Counted from the first letter of the stretch, positions 29,878-39,990 are shown. The stretch is DNA of 64,000 nt from Nitrospirota bacterium (GCA_963740085.1 CAVUCU010000001.1:96001-160000), one strand, 5' to 3'. Translations and numbers: made by a program. The notes: a model not told the origin generated them from the sequence alone.

Positions 29878-30794
29878 CCCCTTTCTTTTTCCACCATCGA
29901 AATGAACACGTCCTCCAGTGAGGGCAGGATCTCCCGGAAATCCTTGACCTCAATGCCTGCATGCTTGAGCTGAACGATGACCTCGGCCGCGTTCATTTTT
30001 TTCTCAAGAGTGATATGCAATCTGTCGCCGTAAAGACTGACGCCATGGACCCCTCCCAGATTCCTTGCCAGCTCCAGGGCTGAACGCGCGTTTTCCGACC
30101 ACACCTCGATCATGGGCAGGTGAAGAGAGTTCCTGATGTTCTTCGGCTCGTCCTCGATCAGGATCTTGCCATTATGCATCAGCCCGATCCGCGTGCATCT
30201 TTCCGCTTCATCGAGATACGCGGTGGATACCAGGATCGACACGCCTGCCTTAAGAAGATCGTACAGTATCTTCCAGAAGTCCCTGCGGGAGACGGGGTCG
30301 ACCCCGTTCGTAGGCTCGTCGAGAAAGAGCACCTCTGGCGTGTGAATAAGCGAGCACGCAAGACCGAGCTTCTGTTTCATCCCGCCCGAAAGCTTTCCCG
30401 CAAGCCGGTCCTTGAAAGGCTCAAGGTTGCTGAATCCGAGCAATCGCTCGATGCGCGGCGGGCGTTCTTTCTTCGACACCTCGTAGAGATCGGCATAGAA
30501 CAGGATGTTCTCCATTACCGTCAGGTCTTCATACAGACCGAACCGCTGGGACATGTAGCCGATCTTTTCCTTGACCAGTTCACCTTCGGTCAGGATCGAA
30601 TGACCCGCTACCCATCCATCACCCGAGGTGGGGTCCATGATAGCGGTCAGGAGCCTCATGGTCGTGCTTTTCCCCGCGCCATCCGGTCCCACCAGGCCGT
30701 ACAACTCGCCTTTGCGGATTTCGAGATTCAAAGCATGAACAGCAATTTTGTCCCCGAAGGATTTTGTGAGATCGGATGTCTTGATCGCGGTCAT
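29859..30794 (-). CDS. ABC transporter ATP-binding protein (YbhF N-half-like)
   Basis: GPDGAGKST, LSGGMKQK, FLDEPT, STAY. Confidence 0.93.
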   Translation of the reverse strand: MTAIKTSDLTKSFGDKIAVHALNLEIRKGELYGLVGPDGAGKSTTMRLLTAIMDPTSGDGWVAGHSILTEGELVKEKIGYMSQRFGLYEDLTVMENILFYADLYEVSKKERPPRIERLLGFSNLEPFKDRLAGKLSGGMKQKLGLACSLIHTPEVLFLDEPTNGVDPVSRRDFWKILYDLLKAGVSILVSTAYLDEAERCTRIGLMHNGKILIEDEPKNIRNSLHLPMIEVWSENARSALELARNLGGVHGVSLYGDRLHITLEKKMNAAEVIVQLKHAGIEVKDFREILPSLEDVFISMVEKERGSLKSL

Positions 30795-31086
30795 GGCGGC
30801 ACCTTATGAGCACCGCGGAGACACAGGGAAAAAGCGCGGGGTCCAGGCCGGCGCATGAGAGAGGCGCATTTCCCCTGCCGATCGCGGCTGGACAATGATC
30901 TCCGTCGTGAGCTGATGCATGAGCACGGCCATGGCAATGATGAGTGGATGATTCATGTGAGAGGAAATGGCCAATATAAGAAAACGCATGTCATCTGACC
31001 GCACTGCAACTTCTGCCTGCATCACCAGGTGAGGGCAGCCGGTCGATGCATGACCATTGTTGCGTTGCCATGATCCTCCTATTCAG

Positions 31087-33171
31087 CTAACGATCCGAGT
31101 TCCCCCGTCGCAACAGCTCCAGCAACCGGTCAGGATCGATCGGGCGGGACAAGACGCCCTTGATGCCTAATTCCATGCCGTCCTTTGGGTCCATATCCGA
31201 GGGCTTCTCCGAGAGCATGATGACCGGGATATACACATACCGGATATCGCTTCGAAGCCGTTTCACGGAATTCGCCCAGTCAGGAGAATCATTCACGAGT
31301 ATCGCGTCCGGCTTTTCTTTTCGCGTCTCTTCAACGAGATCTTCCCCCGTGGCGCTCGCCAATACATAGCCTTCCGCTTCGAGGACCTTCCGGATCAGTT
31401 TGCTGTCCGCCTTTGGGACATTATATTCAAGGACCTTGGTCTTCTGCGATCTTTCCCGCTTTCTGAATTCACCATCCGCGGGCTTGTAGGGGATCTTCAT
31501 GATCACCTCATCGACGGTGGTCATCCCCTGTTCTACCATTGTCCAGGCATTTTCAAAAAGCGTCTTCACGCCGGATTCCCTGGCAGCATCCCAGAGAGTA
31601 TCTCCTGTTATGTTCTTTGCCATCAATCTTCTGAGTTTTGTATCCATCTGCAGGAACTCGTAGACCCCGATCTGGCCGCGATATCCCGCGTACTGGCAGG
31701 ACGGGCATCCCTTGCCCTTATAATAGGTCTTGAGATGCGGGAACTTGCTTCTGGCAAGCATCTCCGGCGGTCCTATCTCAACCCTGCAATCAGGACAGAT
31801 CCTGCGCACCAGCCTCTGGGCCAGAATGCCCGTAACGCCCGAGCTGACCAGATATGCATCCAGTCCGATATCCAGCAGCCTTACGATCGTGGCCACTGAA
31901 TCGTTCGTGTGGATGGTGGACAGGACGAGATGGCCTGTCAAGGCTGACCGGATCGCGATCGAGGCTGTTTCAAGGTCCCGTATTTCGCCCACCATGATGA
32001 TATCAGGATCCTGCCGCAGGATGGACCGGAGGGCCGCAGGGAACGTCATATTCGTGGCCTCGTTCACGCCCACCTGGGTTATTCCCGGGATGCGGTATTC
32101 GACGGGGTCTTCGATCGTGAAGATACTTTCCGCCTCTGTTCTCAACTGCTGCAGAAGGCTGTAGAGCGTGGTCGTCTTTCCGCTCCCGGTGGGACCGGTA
32201 ACAAGTATCATCCCCTGCGGCTGGCTTGCAAGCTGAATGAGCGGATGGAGAATGTGCTCCGGGACACCGAGCTTGCTGAGCGGGATCAGGCCGGACGAGT
32301 GGTCCAGCAGGCGGATGACGACGTTCTCCCCATGCACTGAAGGCAGGGTGGATATCCTGAGGTCGATGTTCCTGTTGTCGATCCTCAGGGTGCTCCTGCC
32401 GTCCTGCGAAGTGCGCCGGTTGGTGATATCGAGATTCGAGATGATCTTGATCCTCGATATCACGGAATCCTGTATCCTTTTCGGATACTTGAGCACGCTC
32501 CGCAGGTCCCCGTCCACCCGGTACCGCACCTGTATGTACTGTTCCTGCGGCTCAATGTGAATATCGCTTGCCCTGGATTTCACCGCGTCCACAATGACCA
32601 TGGTCACGAGTTTAACGATCGGCGGGGCCTCGGAAAGTTTAAAAAGCGACTGCACGTTGACTTCTTTGCCATCCTCCTCGATTTCCTTGAGAAACTCCAC
32701 TTCGTCGTATTGAGGGATCTCTTTCAAGAGATCCCATGAACTGTCATCCGAGCCGTAATGCTTTTCGATGGCAGCGACGAGCGCCGTTTCCGTGGAAACC
32801 GCCGCCTGGATCTTGAGCCCGGTCCGGAAAGTTATATCATCGATGGTCGACCAGTCCATTGGATCGGCCATGGCGAGCAGGAGCTTGCCGTCTTTCAAAT
32901 GGAGGGGCAGCACGATCGCCTTTTCAGCGATATTTTTTGGCACCAGCTCAAGGAGTTTTTCCGATATTTCGAATTCATCACAGTCGACCAGGGGCAGTTT
33001 CTGCTGCTCGGACAGGGCTTCCGCAATCTGAACCTCGGTCGCATACCCCACTTCGATAAGAATTTTGCCGAGCCTCTTATTTTTATTTTTTCTCAAGGTC
33101 AGGGCATTCTCGAGTTGTTCCACGGTGATCAATCCCGAGTCAAGAAGCGCCTCTCCGAGCATTTTTCTCAT
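31087..33171 (-). CDS. GspE/PilB-family ATPase with N-terminal MshEN domain and C-terminal receiver-like domain
   Basis: LGEALLDSGLI...RLGKILIEVG; ASDIHIEP; GPTGSGKTT; EDPVE; LRQDPD; CxxC...CxxC; degenerate REC at the C-terminus. Confidence 0.9.
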   Translation of the reverse strand: MRKMLGEALLDSGLITVEQLENALTLRKNKNKRLGKILIEVGYATEVQIAEALSEQQKLPLVDCDEFEISEKLLELVPKNIAEKAIVLPLHLKDGKLLLAMADPMDWSTIDDITFRTGLKIQAAVSTETALVAAIEKHYGSDDSSWDLLKEIPQYDEVEFLKEIEEDGKEVNVQSLFKLSEAPPIVKLVTMVIVDAVKSRASDIHIEPQEQYIQVRYRVDGDLRSVLKYPKRIQDSVISRIKIISNLDITNRRTSQDGRSTLRIDNRNIDLRISTLPSVHGENVVIRLLDHSSGLIPLSKLGVPEHILHPLIQLASQPQGMILVTGPTGSGKTTTLYSLLQQLRTEAESIFTIEDPVEYRIPGITQVGVNEATNMTFPAALRSILRQDPDIIMVGEIRDLETASIAIRSALTGHLVLSTIHTNDSVATIVRLLDIGLDAYLVSSGVTGILAQRLVRRICPDCRVEIGPPEMLARSKFPHLKTYYKGKGCPSCQYAGYRGQIGVYEFLQMDTKLRRLMAKNITGDTLWDAARESGVKTLFENAWTMVEQGMTTVDEVIMKIPYKPADGEFRKRERSQKTKVLEYNVPKADSKLIRKVLEAEGYVLASATGEDLVEETRKEKPDAILVNDSPDWANSVKRLRSDIRYVYIPVIMLSEKPSDMDPKDGMELGIKGVLSRPIDPDRLLELLRRGNSDR

Positions 33172-33308
33172 AGCACTATCCCTTCCGCCATATCCGTGAT
33201 TATCAGCCCTGAAATCAAAGTGTTTTATTATAGCACGGTGCCGCGATATTGATAAAAGTATTCCGTTTTCACTTCGTGTTCTGAACCCGGAACGCCGCCC
33301 CGGAAACC

Positions 33309-34136
33309 CTATTTCAATGGAATGCTCACATCAACCGGCATCCCCGGTTTCAGCTCATCGTTTACGTTCTTCACGCTCACCTTGACACCAAAGACGAGCT
33401 TCACCCGCTCTTCCTTGGTTTGCACGTTTTTTGGCGTAAACTCGGCCTCTGAAGAAATATATGTCACCGTGCCATCATAGACCTTGCCGGGATAGGTATC
33501 GGTCTTTACTTCTGCCCGCTGACCAAGTTTCACGAACCCGAGCCGGTCTTCCTTCACATACACCTTCACCCAGGGGTTTTCAAGATCGCCGATGGTAAAT
33601 ACCATCGTACCAGCCCCGACCGTCTCCCCTTCCTCACTGTTCTTTCTCAGCACAACGCCTTTGAGGGGCGCGTAAATGACCGAATCTCTCAGTTTTACAT
33701 CGGCGGTCCTGAGCGATGCACGGGACAACCGGAGCTGCGCTGCCGCCATATCATAGGCGGACGTTGCGGCATCCATCTGCTGGGACGCTATAACGCCGTC
33801 ATGATACAGCACCGTGAAGCGTTCATGGTCCTTTCGCGCTTTTTCGTACTGGGCTTCGGCGTTCGATACCAGGGCCTTGCTTTGGTTGACCACGCTTACC
33901 AACTCCGCGCTGTCGAGGGCCGCGAGCTTTTCGCCCTTGCTCACTGTCCTGCCCTCATCCGTATACAGGCCCTGGATCCTGCCGGGGTTCTTGAAGCCCA
34001 TATTTACCTCGGTCACCTCGACATTCCCCGACAACATCAATGCCTCATGATCGCGGGATCTCCCGAAACGAAAATACAGTATTACGGCAATGCCGGCGGC
34101 CAGAACGATCCCGGCTATGATCAGTCTTTTTTTCAT
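33309..34136 (-). CDS. HlyD-family periplasmic adaptor (YbhG-like)
   Basis: N-terminal TM; SGNVE; lipoyl-like halves; AEFTPKNVQT...LKPGMP. Confidence 0.92.
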   Translation of the reverse strand: MKKRLIIAGIVLAAGIAVILYFRFGRSRDHEALMLSGNVEVTEVNMGFKNPGRIQGLYTDEGRTVSKGEKLAALDSAELVSVVNQSKALVSNAEAQYEKARKDHERFTVLYHDGVIASQQMDAATSAYDMAAAQLRLSRASLRTADVKLRDSVIYAPLKGVVLRKNSEEGETVGAGTMVFTIGDLENPWVKVYVKEDRLGFVKLGQRAEVKTDTYPGKVYDGTVTYISSEAEFTPKNVQTKEERVKLVFGVKVSVKNVNDELKPGMPVDVSIPLK

Positions 34137-34322
34137 GTACGCTTCCCCTTTCAGGATAAATCAAGCTACATTATAGCAGGGAAACATAATTTTTAAAATC
34201 GGATATATTATTTATACTCTTGATGGTTAACCGGATACCTGCCGGCGTGTCGGCAGGTATGCATGTGAGCTGATCAAACTGAATTCCATTGCATCATCAG
34301 GGGGGAATAACTATAATAACGT

Positions 34323-34907
34323 ATGCCTAAAAGGAACATGCGAAGAAACATCATCGGCACACGGATCATCCGGCGTCTGGCCGCCTTCATTGTTGTGCTC
34401 ACTGCTTCATCACTCCTCTGGCATTGTCAGGCGTTTTCCAATTCCCCGGAATTGAAAGTCCATGTTATCAAGGTGCACGACGGCGATACGGTTACGCTCA
34501 TGATAAACGGGAGAATGCGAAAGACGCGACTCATCGGCATCGACGCGCCGGAGATGAACCAGCGTCCCTGGGGAAGACAGGCCAAGGAACATATGATTGA
34601 TATCCTTAACCATAGTGACTGGACAGTGACCATGGAGACGGACGTGGTGACAACGGATAAGTACGGCAGGACCCTTGTCTATCTCTGGACAAAAAATAAG
34701 GAATTTATTAATGAACAGATGATACGGGACGGCTATGCGGTCCTGTTCACGATAAATCCGAACAACAAATACGCCGATCGATTTAAGATGGCGGAACAGT
34801 ATGCACGGGGCGGGAAAATTGGCATCTGGGGGCCGAACGGCTTGAAGGAAAAACCGATAGCGTATAGAATAAAGCACCCGAGAAAGCATTATGATTTAAC
34901 AAGGTAG
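34323..34907 (+). CDS. Thermonuclease (SNase) family protein
   Basis: VHDGDT, RLIGIDAPE, DKYGRTL, GYA, GIW. Confidence 0.92.
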   Translation: MPKRNMRRNIIGTRIIRRLAAFIVVLTASSLLWHCQAFSNSPELKVHVIKVHDGDTVTLMINGRMRKTRLIGIDAPEMNQRPWGRQAKEHMIDILNHSDWTVTMETDVVTTDKYGRTLVYLWTKNKEFINEQMIRDGYAVLFTINPNNKYADRFKMAEQYARGGKIGIWGPNGLKEKPIAYRIKHPRKHYDLTR

Positions 34908-34914
34908 GATCTAA

Positions 34915-35310
34915 TAGAGCGTACGGGGGCAGACTTTAAAATTTGGATTATTGACGCCTCTTTGGATATTTATTATCCTCTGACATGCTCGAAATCCTCG
35001 GTTTGAATACGAAGCCGACGTTTACCATGTAATCACTCGCCGCAACCAGAAAGACCCCGGAGATTACCGTAAATTTCTCGATATCCTGGCCTCATTCAAG
35101 CAGCCCTACCACTTTCACCTTTATGCCGGCATTCTCATGTCAAACCATATTCATCTCCTTGGAGAAACTTAGGATAAAGACAGCGCTCACGAGCAGTAAC
35201 CGGATATCCTCAGAGCGGTCAGAAAGCTCGAAAGAATGAGATGGAGAGGTCTCATCATTGAAAAAGATATAAGCATCTCTATCTTTAAGTCTGACCCTGC
35301 TCGCTCTCTA
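34915..35310 (+). mobile_element. Decayed RAYT/Y1 transposase element with imperfect terminal inverted repeats
   Basis: GGGGCAGACTTTAAAAT (from 34926) and ATCTTTAAGTCTGACCC (35281-35297) enclose a transposase fragment. Confidence 0.6.
34985..35172 (+). pseudogene. REP-associated tyrosine (Y1 HUH) transposase, N-terminal fragment
   Basis: Manual translation ARNPRFEYEADVYHVITRRNQK...YRKFLDIL...LYAGILMSNHIHLLGET*; ATG out of frame by one base; truncated after the HUH motif. Confidence 0.8.
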
Positions 35311-35354
35311 TACGCCTCCTGCCAAGGGAGGCAAGGTGAGAGTTCCTCGCGCAC

Positions 35355-35387
35355 AAAAAAAAAGGGCCTGTGAAATCACAGGCCCTT
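35355..35387 (-). terminator. Rho-independent terminator after the cytochrome genes
   Basis: GGGCCTGTG-loop-CACAGGCCC followed by U9. Confidence 0.88.
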
Positions 35388-35408
35388 CAATCGCGAACGG
35401 TGGGAATA

Positions 35409-36272
35409 TTATCTTCTGCTCCTTGATTTCCCCTTCGGTTTTTCATGTAACGCTTTTTTTGGAGCTTCCTGTACGGACGTCACGGTCCAATTATTCAGGT
35501 CATGGGCTATGTTGTGGCACTCGCCGCACTTCGGGAACTTGGCCATGATGCCGGTGGGATGGGGCGAACCATGGCAATCCTGGCATTTGGGCACCATCTT
35601 ATGCTTTTCTTGATGGCAAAATGCACATGCCAGGGCCGCATGCTTGGTCTTGCTGGCGCTGAGGAGGTTGAGGACCTTGCTATGGCACGCTCCGCAGTCC
35701 TTTGACGGGGTGTCGGCAGCATAGGTCACAACCGTCGGCATATGCGGTTTGTGGCATTTTTTACAGTCCGCGGCGACCATTTCAGCAGAGTGCGGCTGGT
35801 GACACTGGGTGCACTGCGGGATCTTGCGGTGAACGTCGTGGCATTTGGAACAGTCTAAGGCAGAATGCTTGCTCTTGTATTTCCTGAGCTGCTCGATCTG
35901 CGGTGTGTGACAGGTGAGGCAAGCGTCAGTAATGTTCGGCGTAAACGAAATTTTCAATGGTGTATGGGGGTTCTTATGACAGGTGAGGCAGCCCTTGAGC
36001 TCGAAGTGAGGCTTCCCCATATGGCAGTCGCTGCACTGCGGAATGGGCTTCTTCACGGACGGCGGATGACCCACATGGCAGCCCGTACAGCCTACTTCCT
36101 TGTGCTTCCCTCCGGCGTCCTTCAAATCAGCTGGAGGAGCAGTATGACATTTCACACAGTCTTCGTCTGTCAGAGTGACCTGCTGCTGTGCCCGTGCAAC
36201 GCCTGAGCCGAAAAGAATCAGAGTGACCAGGAAAAATACACCAGTGATAGTGCTGTCTTTCAATGCTTTCAT
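35409..36272 (-). CDS. Periplasmic dodecaheme c-type cytochrome
   Basis: Signal peptide (ARA-Q); 12 CxxCH motifs; GGAGG RBS. Confidence 0.92.
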   Translation of the reverse strand: MKALKDSTITGVFFLVTLILFGSGVARAQQQVTLTDEDCVKCHTAPPADLKDAGGKHKEVGCTGCHVGHPPSVKKPIPQCSDCHMGKPHFELKGCLTCHKNPHTPLKISFTPNITDACLTCHTPQIEQLRKYKSKHSALDCSKCHDVHRKIPQCTQCHQPHSAEMVAADCKKCHKPHMPTVVTYAADTPSKDCGACHSKVLNLLSASKTKHAALACAFCHQEKHKMVPKCQDCHGSPHPTGIMAKFPKCGECHNIAHDLNNWTVTSVQEAPKKALHEKPKGKSRSRR

Positions 36273-36460
36273 CTTTGCCTCCGTATGAATTATTTTGAAG
36301 CACCGCATTCCCTGGAGAAGCAGTGTTATGGTAATTTGGGATACAGCACATCTGCGTCAATCCGATGAGGACCGTCCGATAGTGTCCCAGACACCGTCAA
36401 TAATGTAAAGAGACCGATTTGAGCAGGCAGTTTCTTCCGAGGTGACAGAAGCTTCTATTT

Positions 36461-37339
36461 CTACTCCCGCTTCTTCGATGCCTCTCCCGCCACATCCATG
36501 GTCGATGTCTTAGGCCAGTTGTTCAAATCATGAGCGTTGTTATGGCACATGTCGCATTCCGGATATTTTACCAAAATGCCCTTCGGATGAGGCGTCCCGT
36601 GACAGTCCGAACAGGCCGGTTTAAATTTATGCATTAACTTGTGGCATCCCACGCATGCCAGATTCCCGTGCTTTGATGTAGTGGCGCTGAGGAGGTTTGC
36701 CGGTCTCTTGTGGCATAAGCCGCAGTCTTTTGAACGCATGTCGGAAGAAAAAGCCGTAACCCGCGGCATATGCGCCTTGTGGCATTTTTTGCAATCGGCG
36801 GCTGTCATTCCATCCCAGTGCGGCTGGTGACACTGAGTGCACTGCGGGATCTTGCGGTGGACGTCGTGGCACCGGGAACAGTCAAGGGCTGAATGCTTGC
36901 TCTTATATTCGCTGAGCATCCAACTCTCCGGTCCGTGGCATATAAGGCAGGCATCTTTACCGGCCCCTTTCAATGATATGTTCAAAGGTCTGTGGGGGTT
37001 CGTGTGACACCTGAGGCAACTTGGCATTTCCCCATCAAAATGGTGATTCGTTGACTTCAAATGACACTTACCACACAGCGGGATCGGTTTTGCCACGCTC
37101 GGCGGATGACCTTCATGGCATCCGGAGCAAGAGACGCTCATATGTGCCCCTCCGGCCGCCGCTATATCATTCACTTGTCTTGGATGACATTTCACACAGT
37201 CTGCGTTGAGCAGAACGGCGTTCTCCTGGGAAAACGCAATGTCTGAGCAAATCAGCAAAATACATATCCCCAGGGCCATAAATACCTTGATCGCCAGACT
37301 TCTGCATTTTGCCGTGTTCATCGTTTTATATTTACCCAT
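36461..37339 (-). CDS. Periplasmic dodecaheme c-type cytochrome, paralog of 35409..36272; start 37339 or 37321
   Basis: Signal peptide (AFS-Q); 12 CxxCH motifs with matching spacing. Confidence 0.9.
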   Translation of the reverse strand: MGKYKTMNTAKCRSLAIKVFMALGICILLICSDIAFSQENAVLLNADCVKCHPRQVNDIAAAGGAHMSVSCSGCHEGHPPSVAKPIPLCGKCHLKSTNHHFDGEMPSCLRCHTNPHRPLNISLKGAGKDACLICHGPESWMLSEYKSKHSALDCSRCHDVHRKIPQCTQCHQPHWDGMTAADCKKCHKAHMPRVTAFSSDMRSKDCGLCHKRPANLLSATTSKHGNLACVGCHKLMHKFKPACSDCHGTPHPKGILVKYPECDMCHNNAHDLNNWPKTSTMDVAGEASKKRE

Positions 37340-37429
37340 AACACCGATGAGCAGGGTCCCTTCTCCCCCTATCTTCATCTTCATTACACCAGAGAAAACA
37401 ATAAATTTACCGCTGACCGAAATTGCCGA

Positions 37430-37458
37430 AGTATGCCACAGTTCTCCGAAACAGTCAA
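37430..37458 (-). promoter_or_regulatory. Sigma70-type promoter for the cytochrome genes
   Basis: TTGACT-17-CATACT with TGn. Confidence 0.5.
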
Positions 37459-37843
37459 CGGACAAAACGATATTTTTGTCAGGCATAATCGGTCTGGCAA
37501 TATAATGGACATGCGGACATGCGGGCAGCTCTTTTGTCATCCTTGACCTGCCACCTGTCGCAGCCGTTTATAGTAAAGGCGGTCGTCGTCTTGCCGAAAC
37601 AGTCCGAAGAAACCCCCTTATTTTTCGCTCAGGGAGGATATACGCTGAAGAATTTTTGAAGATCATCTCGAAATTAACTATACTGCGGCAAGCAGAGCTA
37701 TCCACAATTACAGGAAAAAGTAATTTCTCCCGGGGTAGAATCCCGAATGTTGAGAAAGATAGCCAAGATTATATATTTGCTAAGCTGATTTCAGCTAGCG
37801 CGTACACATAGACGCGCCATGCGACGCGTGACGTACGCGTTCG

Positions 37844-39274
37844 CTACCCCTTCACACAGGCGATTGGCTTGACCCGCGCCACCTTCCTTGCGAGATGCGC
37901 ATGATGCGACGCGTCCACTACTTCCGTCACGTCCTTATACGACCCCGGCGCCTCTTCGGCAATTCCCGAATAGGAATGGCCCCGCACCATCACTCCCTGT
38001 ACCTCCAGTGATTGCACAACCTCCCTGCCGTGCCACTTCTTTTTGGCCTGCGTGCGCGACATGGCCCTGCCTGCGCCGTGGCAGGCTGAACCAAAGGCCT
38101 GGGTCATTCCCGCTTCCGTACCCACGAGGATATAGGATGAGGTCCCCATGGTGCCGCCGATCAGAACAGGCTGACCGATATGCCGATACTTCTGCGGAAG
38201 ATCGATCTGTCCGGGCCCGAAGGAGCGGGTAGCGCCTTTGCGGTGCACAAAGAGCTTTTTCTTCTTCCCGTTGACGATATGAGTCTCCACTTTGCACGTA
38301 TTATGACTGGTATCGTAGAGCATCTTGATATGCCCTTCAGGAAAGACATCGCTAAAGATCTCGCGCACCAGGTGCGTGATGATCTGACGGTTCGCCAGTG
38401 CGCAATTGATCCCGGCTGACATGGCCCCGAAATACTTCTGCCCTTCAGGAGAGTTGATCGGCGCGCAGGCCAGTTCCCGGTCCCTGATCGCTATTTTGTA
38501 TTTCTGCAGCGTGAAGGCGAGGGTCTTCAGATAATCCGTCCCGATCTGGTGACCGAGGCCGCGCGAACCGCAATGGACGGATATAACGACATCGCCCTTC
38601 GTCAGTCCCATGGCAAGGGAGGCCTGTTCATCGTACAGGTCCTCAACAACCTGCACCTCGAGGTAATGGTTGCCCGCGCCGAGCGTGCCCATTTCACGAT
38701 ACTGCCGCTTCTTTGCCGTGTCGGAAACGCAATCCGGGTCTGCACCGTCAACCCGGCCGTGCTCCTCGATATAGTCGAGGTCATCTTTGGTCCCATACCC
38801 GTTCTGTACGGCCCATACAGCGCCGCCCACGAGCATTTCGTCGAGTCGTGAAGAAGAGAGCTTGATGAGCCCTTCGGAGCCGACGCCTGCAGGCACGCGG
38901 CTGTAAAGCTGATCAGCGAGCCTCCTGAGACGCGGCATGACCTCTTCCCTGGTCAAGCCCGTCTTCATGGTGCGCACACCGCAGGAGATGTCGAATCCCA
39001 CGCCGCCCATGGAGATGATGCCGCCTTCGTCGGGGTCAAAGGCCGCTACCCCGCCGATGGGGAAGCCGTATCCCCAGTGCGCGTCCGGCATGGCCATCGA
39101 CGCGGCCTGTATCCCCGGCAGCATGGCCACGTTCGTCACCTGCTCGCGGACCTTCTCATCCATTTCCTGAAGCAGCTTTTCGCTGGCAAAGATCCTGCCG
39201 GGCACGCGCATTTCCCCCTGCCGCGGGATCTCCCAGAGATAGTCGTTGATCTTGTTCAGTGATTTCGTATCCAT
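37844..39274 (-). CDS. rtcB: RtcB RNA ligase (3'-phosphate/5'-OH)
   Basis: MPDAHWGYGFPIG, GFDISCG, GNHYLE, HCGSRG, HN, HRKGAT, HGAGR, EEAPGSYK. Confidence 0.96.
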   Translation of the reverse strand: MDTKSLNKINDYLWEIPRQGEMRVPGRIFASEKLLQEMDEKVREQVTNVAMLPGIQAASMAMPDAHWGYGFPIGGVAAFDPDEGGIISMGGVGFDISCGVRTMKTGLTREEVMPRLRRLADQLYSRVPAGVGSEGLIKLSSSRLDEMLVGGAVWAVQNGYGTKDDLDYIEEHGRVDGADPDCVSDTAKKRQYREMGTLGAGNHYLEVQVVEDLYDEQASLAMGLTKGDVVISVHCGSRGLGHQIGTDYLKTLAFTLQKYKIAIRDRELACAPINSPEGQKYFGAMSAGINCALANRQIITHLVREIFSDVFPEGHIKMLYDTSHNTCKVETHIVNGKKKKLFVHRKGATRSFGPGQIDLPQKYRHIGQPVLIGGTMGTSSYILVGTEAGMTQAFGSACHGAGRAMSRTQAKKKWHGREVVQSLEVQGVMVRGHSYSGIAEEAPGSYKDVTEVVDASHHAHLARKVARVKPIACVKG

Positions 39275-39927
39275 ACCGTCCCCTGCCTGTTACTCTGAAA
39301 ATTCATCCACAATTCACTTTGCAAATTCCCAAGCCCAAATACCAAACAATATTCACGATCCTATTTTTTTTCTGCGCCCCAGTTCACAGCTCCGCGCAGG
39401 GCATGATTGGCGATACTGATAACAAGCCGTTTCGAGCATCGCATCACTTCCCCTCGCCCGGGGAACAGGCTCGGTCATGTCTGCCTGGCCTTGTAGCAGC
39501 ATCGGCCTTTTTTACCTTGGCATGCGCTTGTGCGCGAACCTGTTCATGGGATGCAGGGGCTTCTGGAAAGGAAAGGCAAGGCAAAGCTATTGAGTCTTTC
39601 ACTAAACCAAGTAGAGGTTAATTCTCCACTTGGTGGCTAAGGCCTTGATTTTGCCGTTCCCCTGCGCCGGGTAGCTCTGAGCGAAAGCCGCGCAAAGCAA
39701 TGCTGCACAGATCGTAGTTGCGAGAACAAGTCAAGGCAGACACGGCCGAGCTCTTTTTAAAGGGCGAGGGTGGAGTGCTGCGAGTCCTGCGTATCAGGGA
39801 AGAGATACTGTACCTGCCCGGCATGCTGCGCGGCCGAGCGATGAGCTGCCCAAAAAAATCGATGCCCATATGGATCAGTGCCAGCTTAGACAACTTTCAG
39901 AGAACGGATTGTTAATGTATTCGTCGC

Positions 39928-39990
39928 CTATCCCCCTCCTGACTCCTGACCCCCGAATCCTGTCTCCTGACTCTCCTGACTCCTGCTTCT
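39928..39990. repeat. Degenerate CTCCTGA-type heptamer array at the archease stop
   Basis: CTCCTGA CTCCTGA CCCCCGA ATCCTGT CTCCTGA...CTCCTGA CTCCTG. Confidence 0.75.

Noticed and set aside
30804-31072. 73-aa ORF and an upstream AGGAGG-ATG at about 31072
   Set aside because: The RBS-linked frame stops after 26 codons and the longer ORF has no recognisable features; possibly a decayed gene, not supportable as a CDS
34235-34260. Palindrome ATACCTGCCG-N6-CGGCAGGTAT in a divergent intergenic region
   Set aside because: Single copy with no U-tract; cannot distinguish an operator from a REP remnant
37420-37440. Sigma54 -24/-12 promoter (TGGCAT...GC) upstream of the cytochromes
   Set aside because: GG-to-GC spacing is one base short; a sigma70 reading fits better
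39560-39620. c-di-GMP-I riboswitch-like words (GGAAA...GCAAAGC)
   Set aside because: No supporting P1/P2 pairing visible, and it is on the opposite strand to the flanking genes
39875-39989. Extended archease C-terminus in the ORF track
   Set aside because: Produced by a 1-nt deletion reading into a repeat array; the normal VDV* end is present in the other frame
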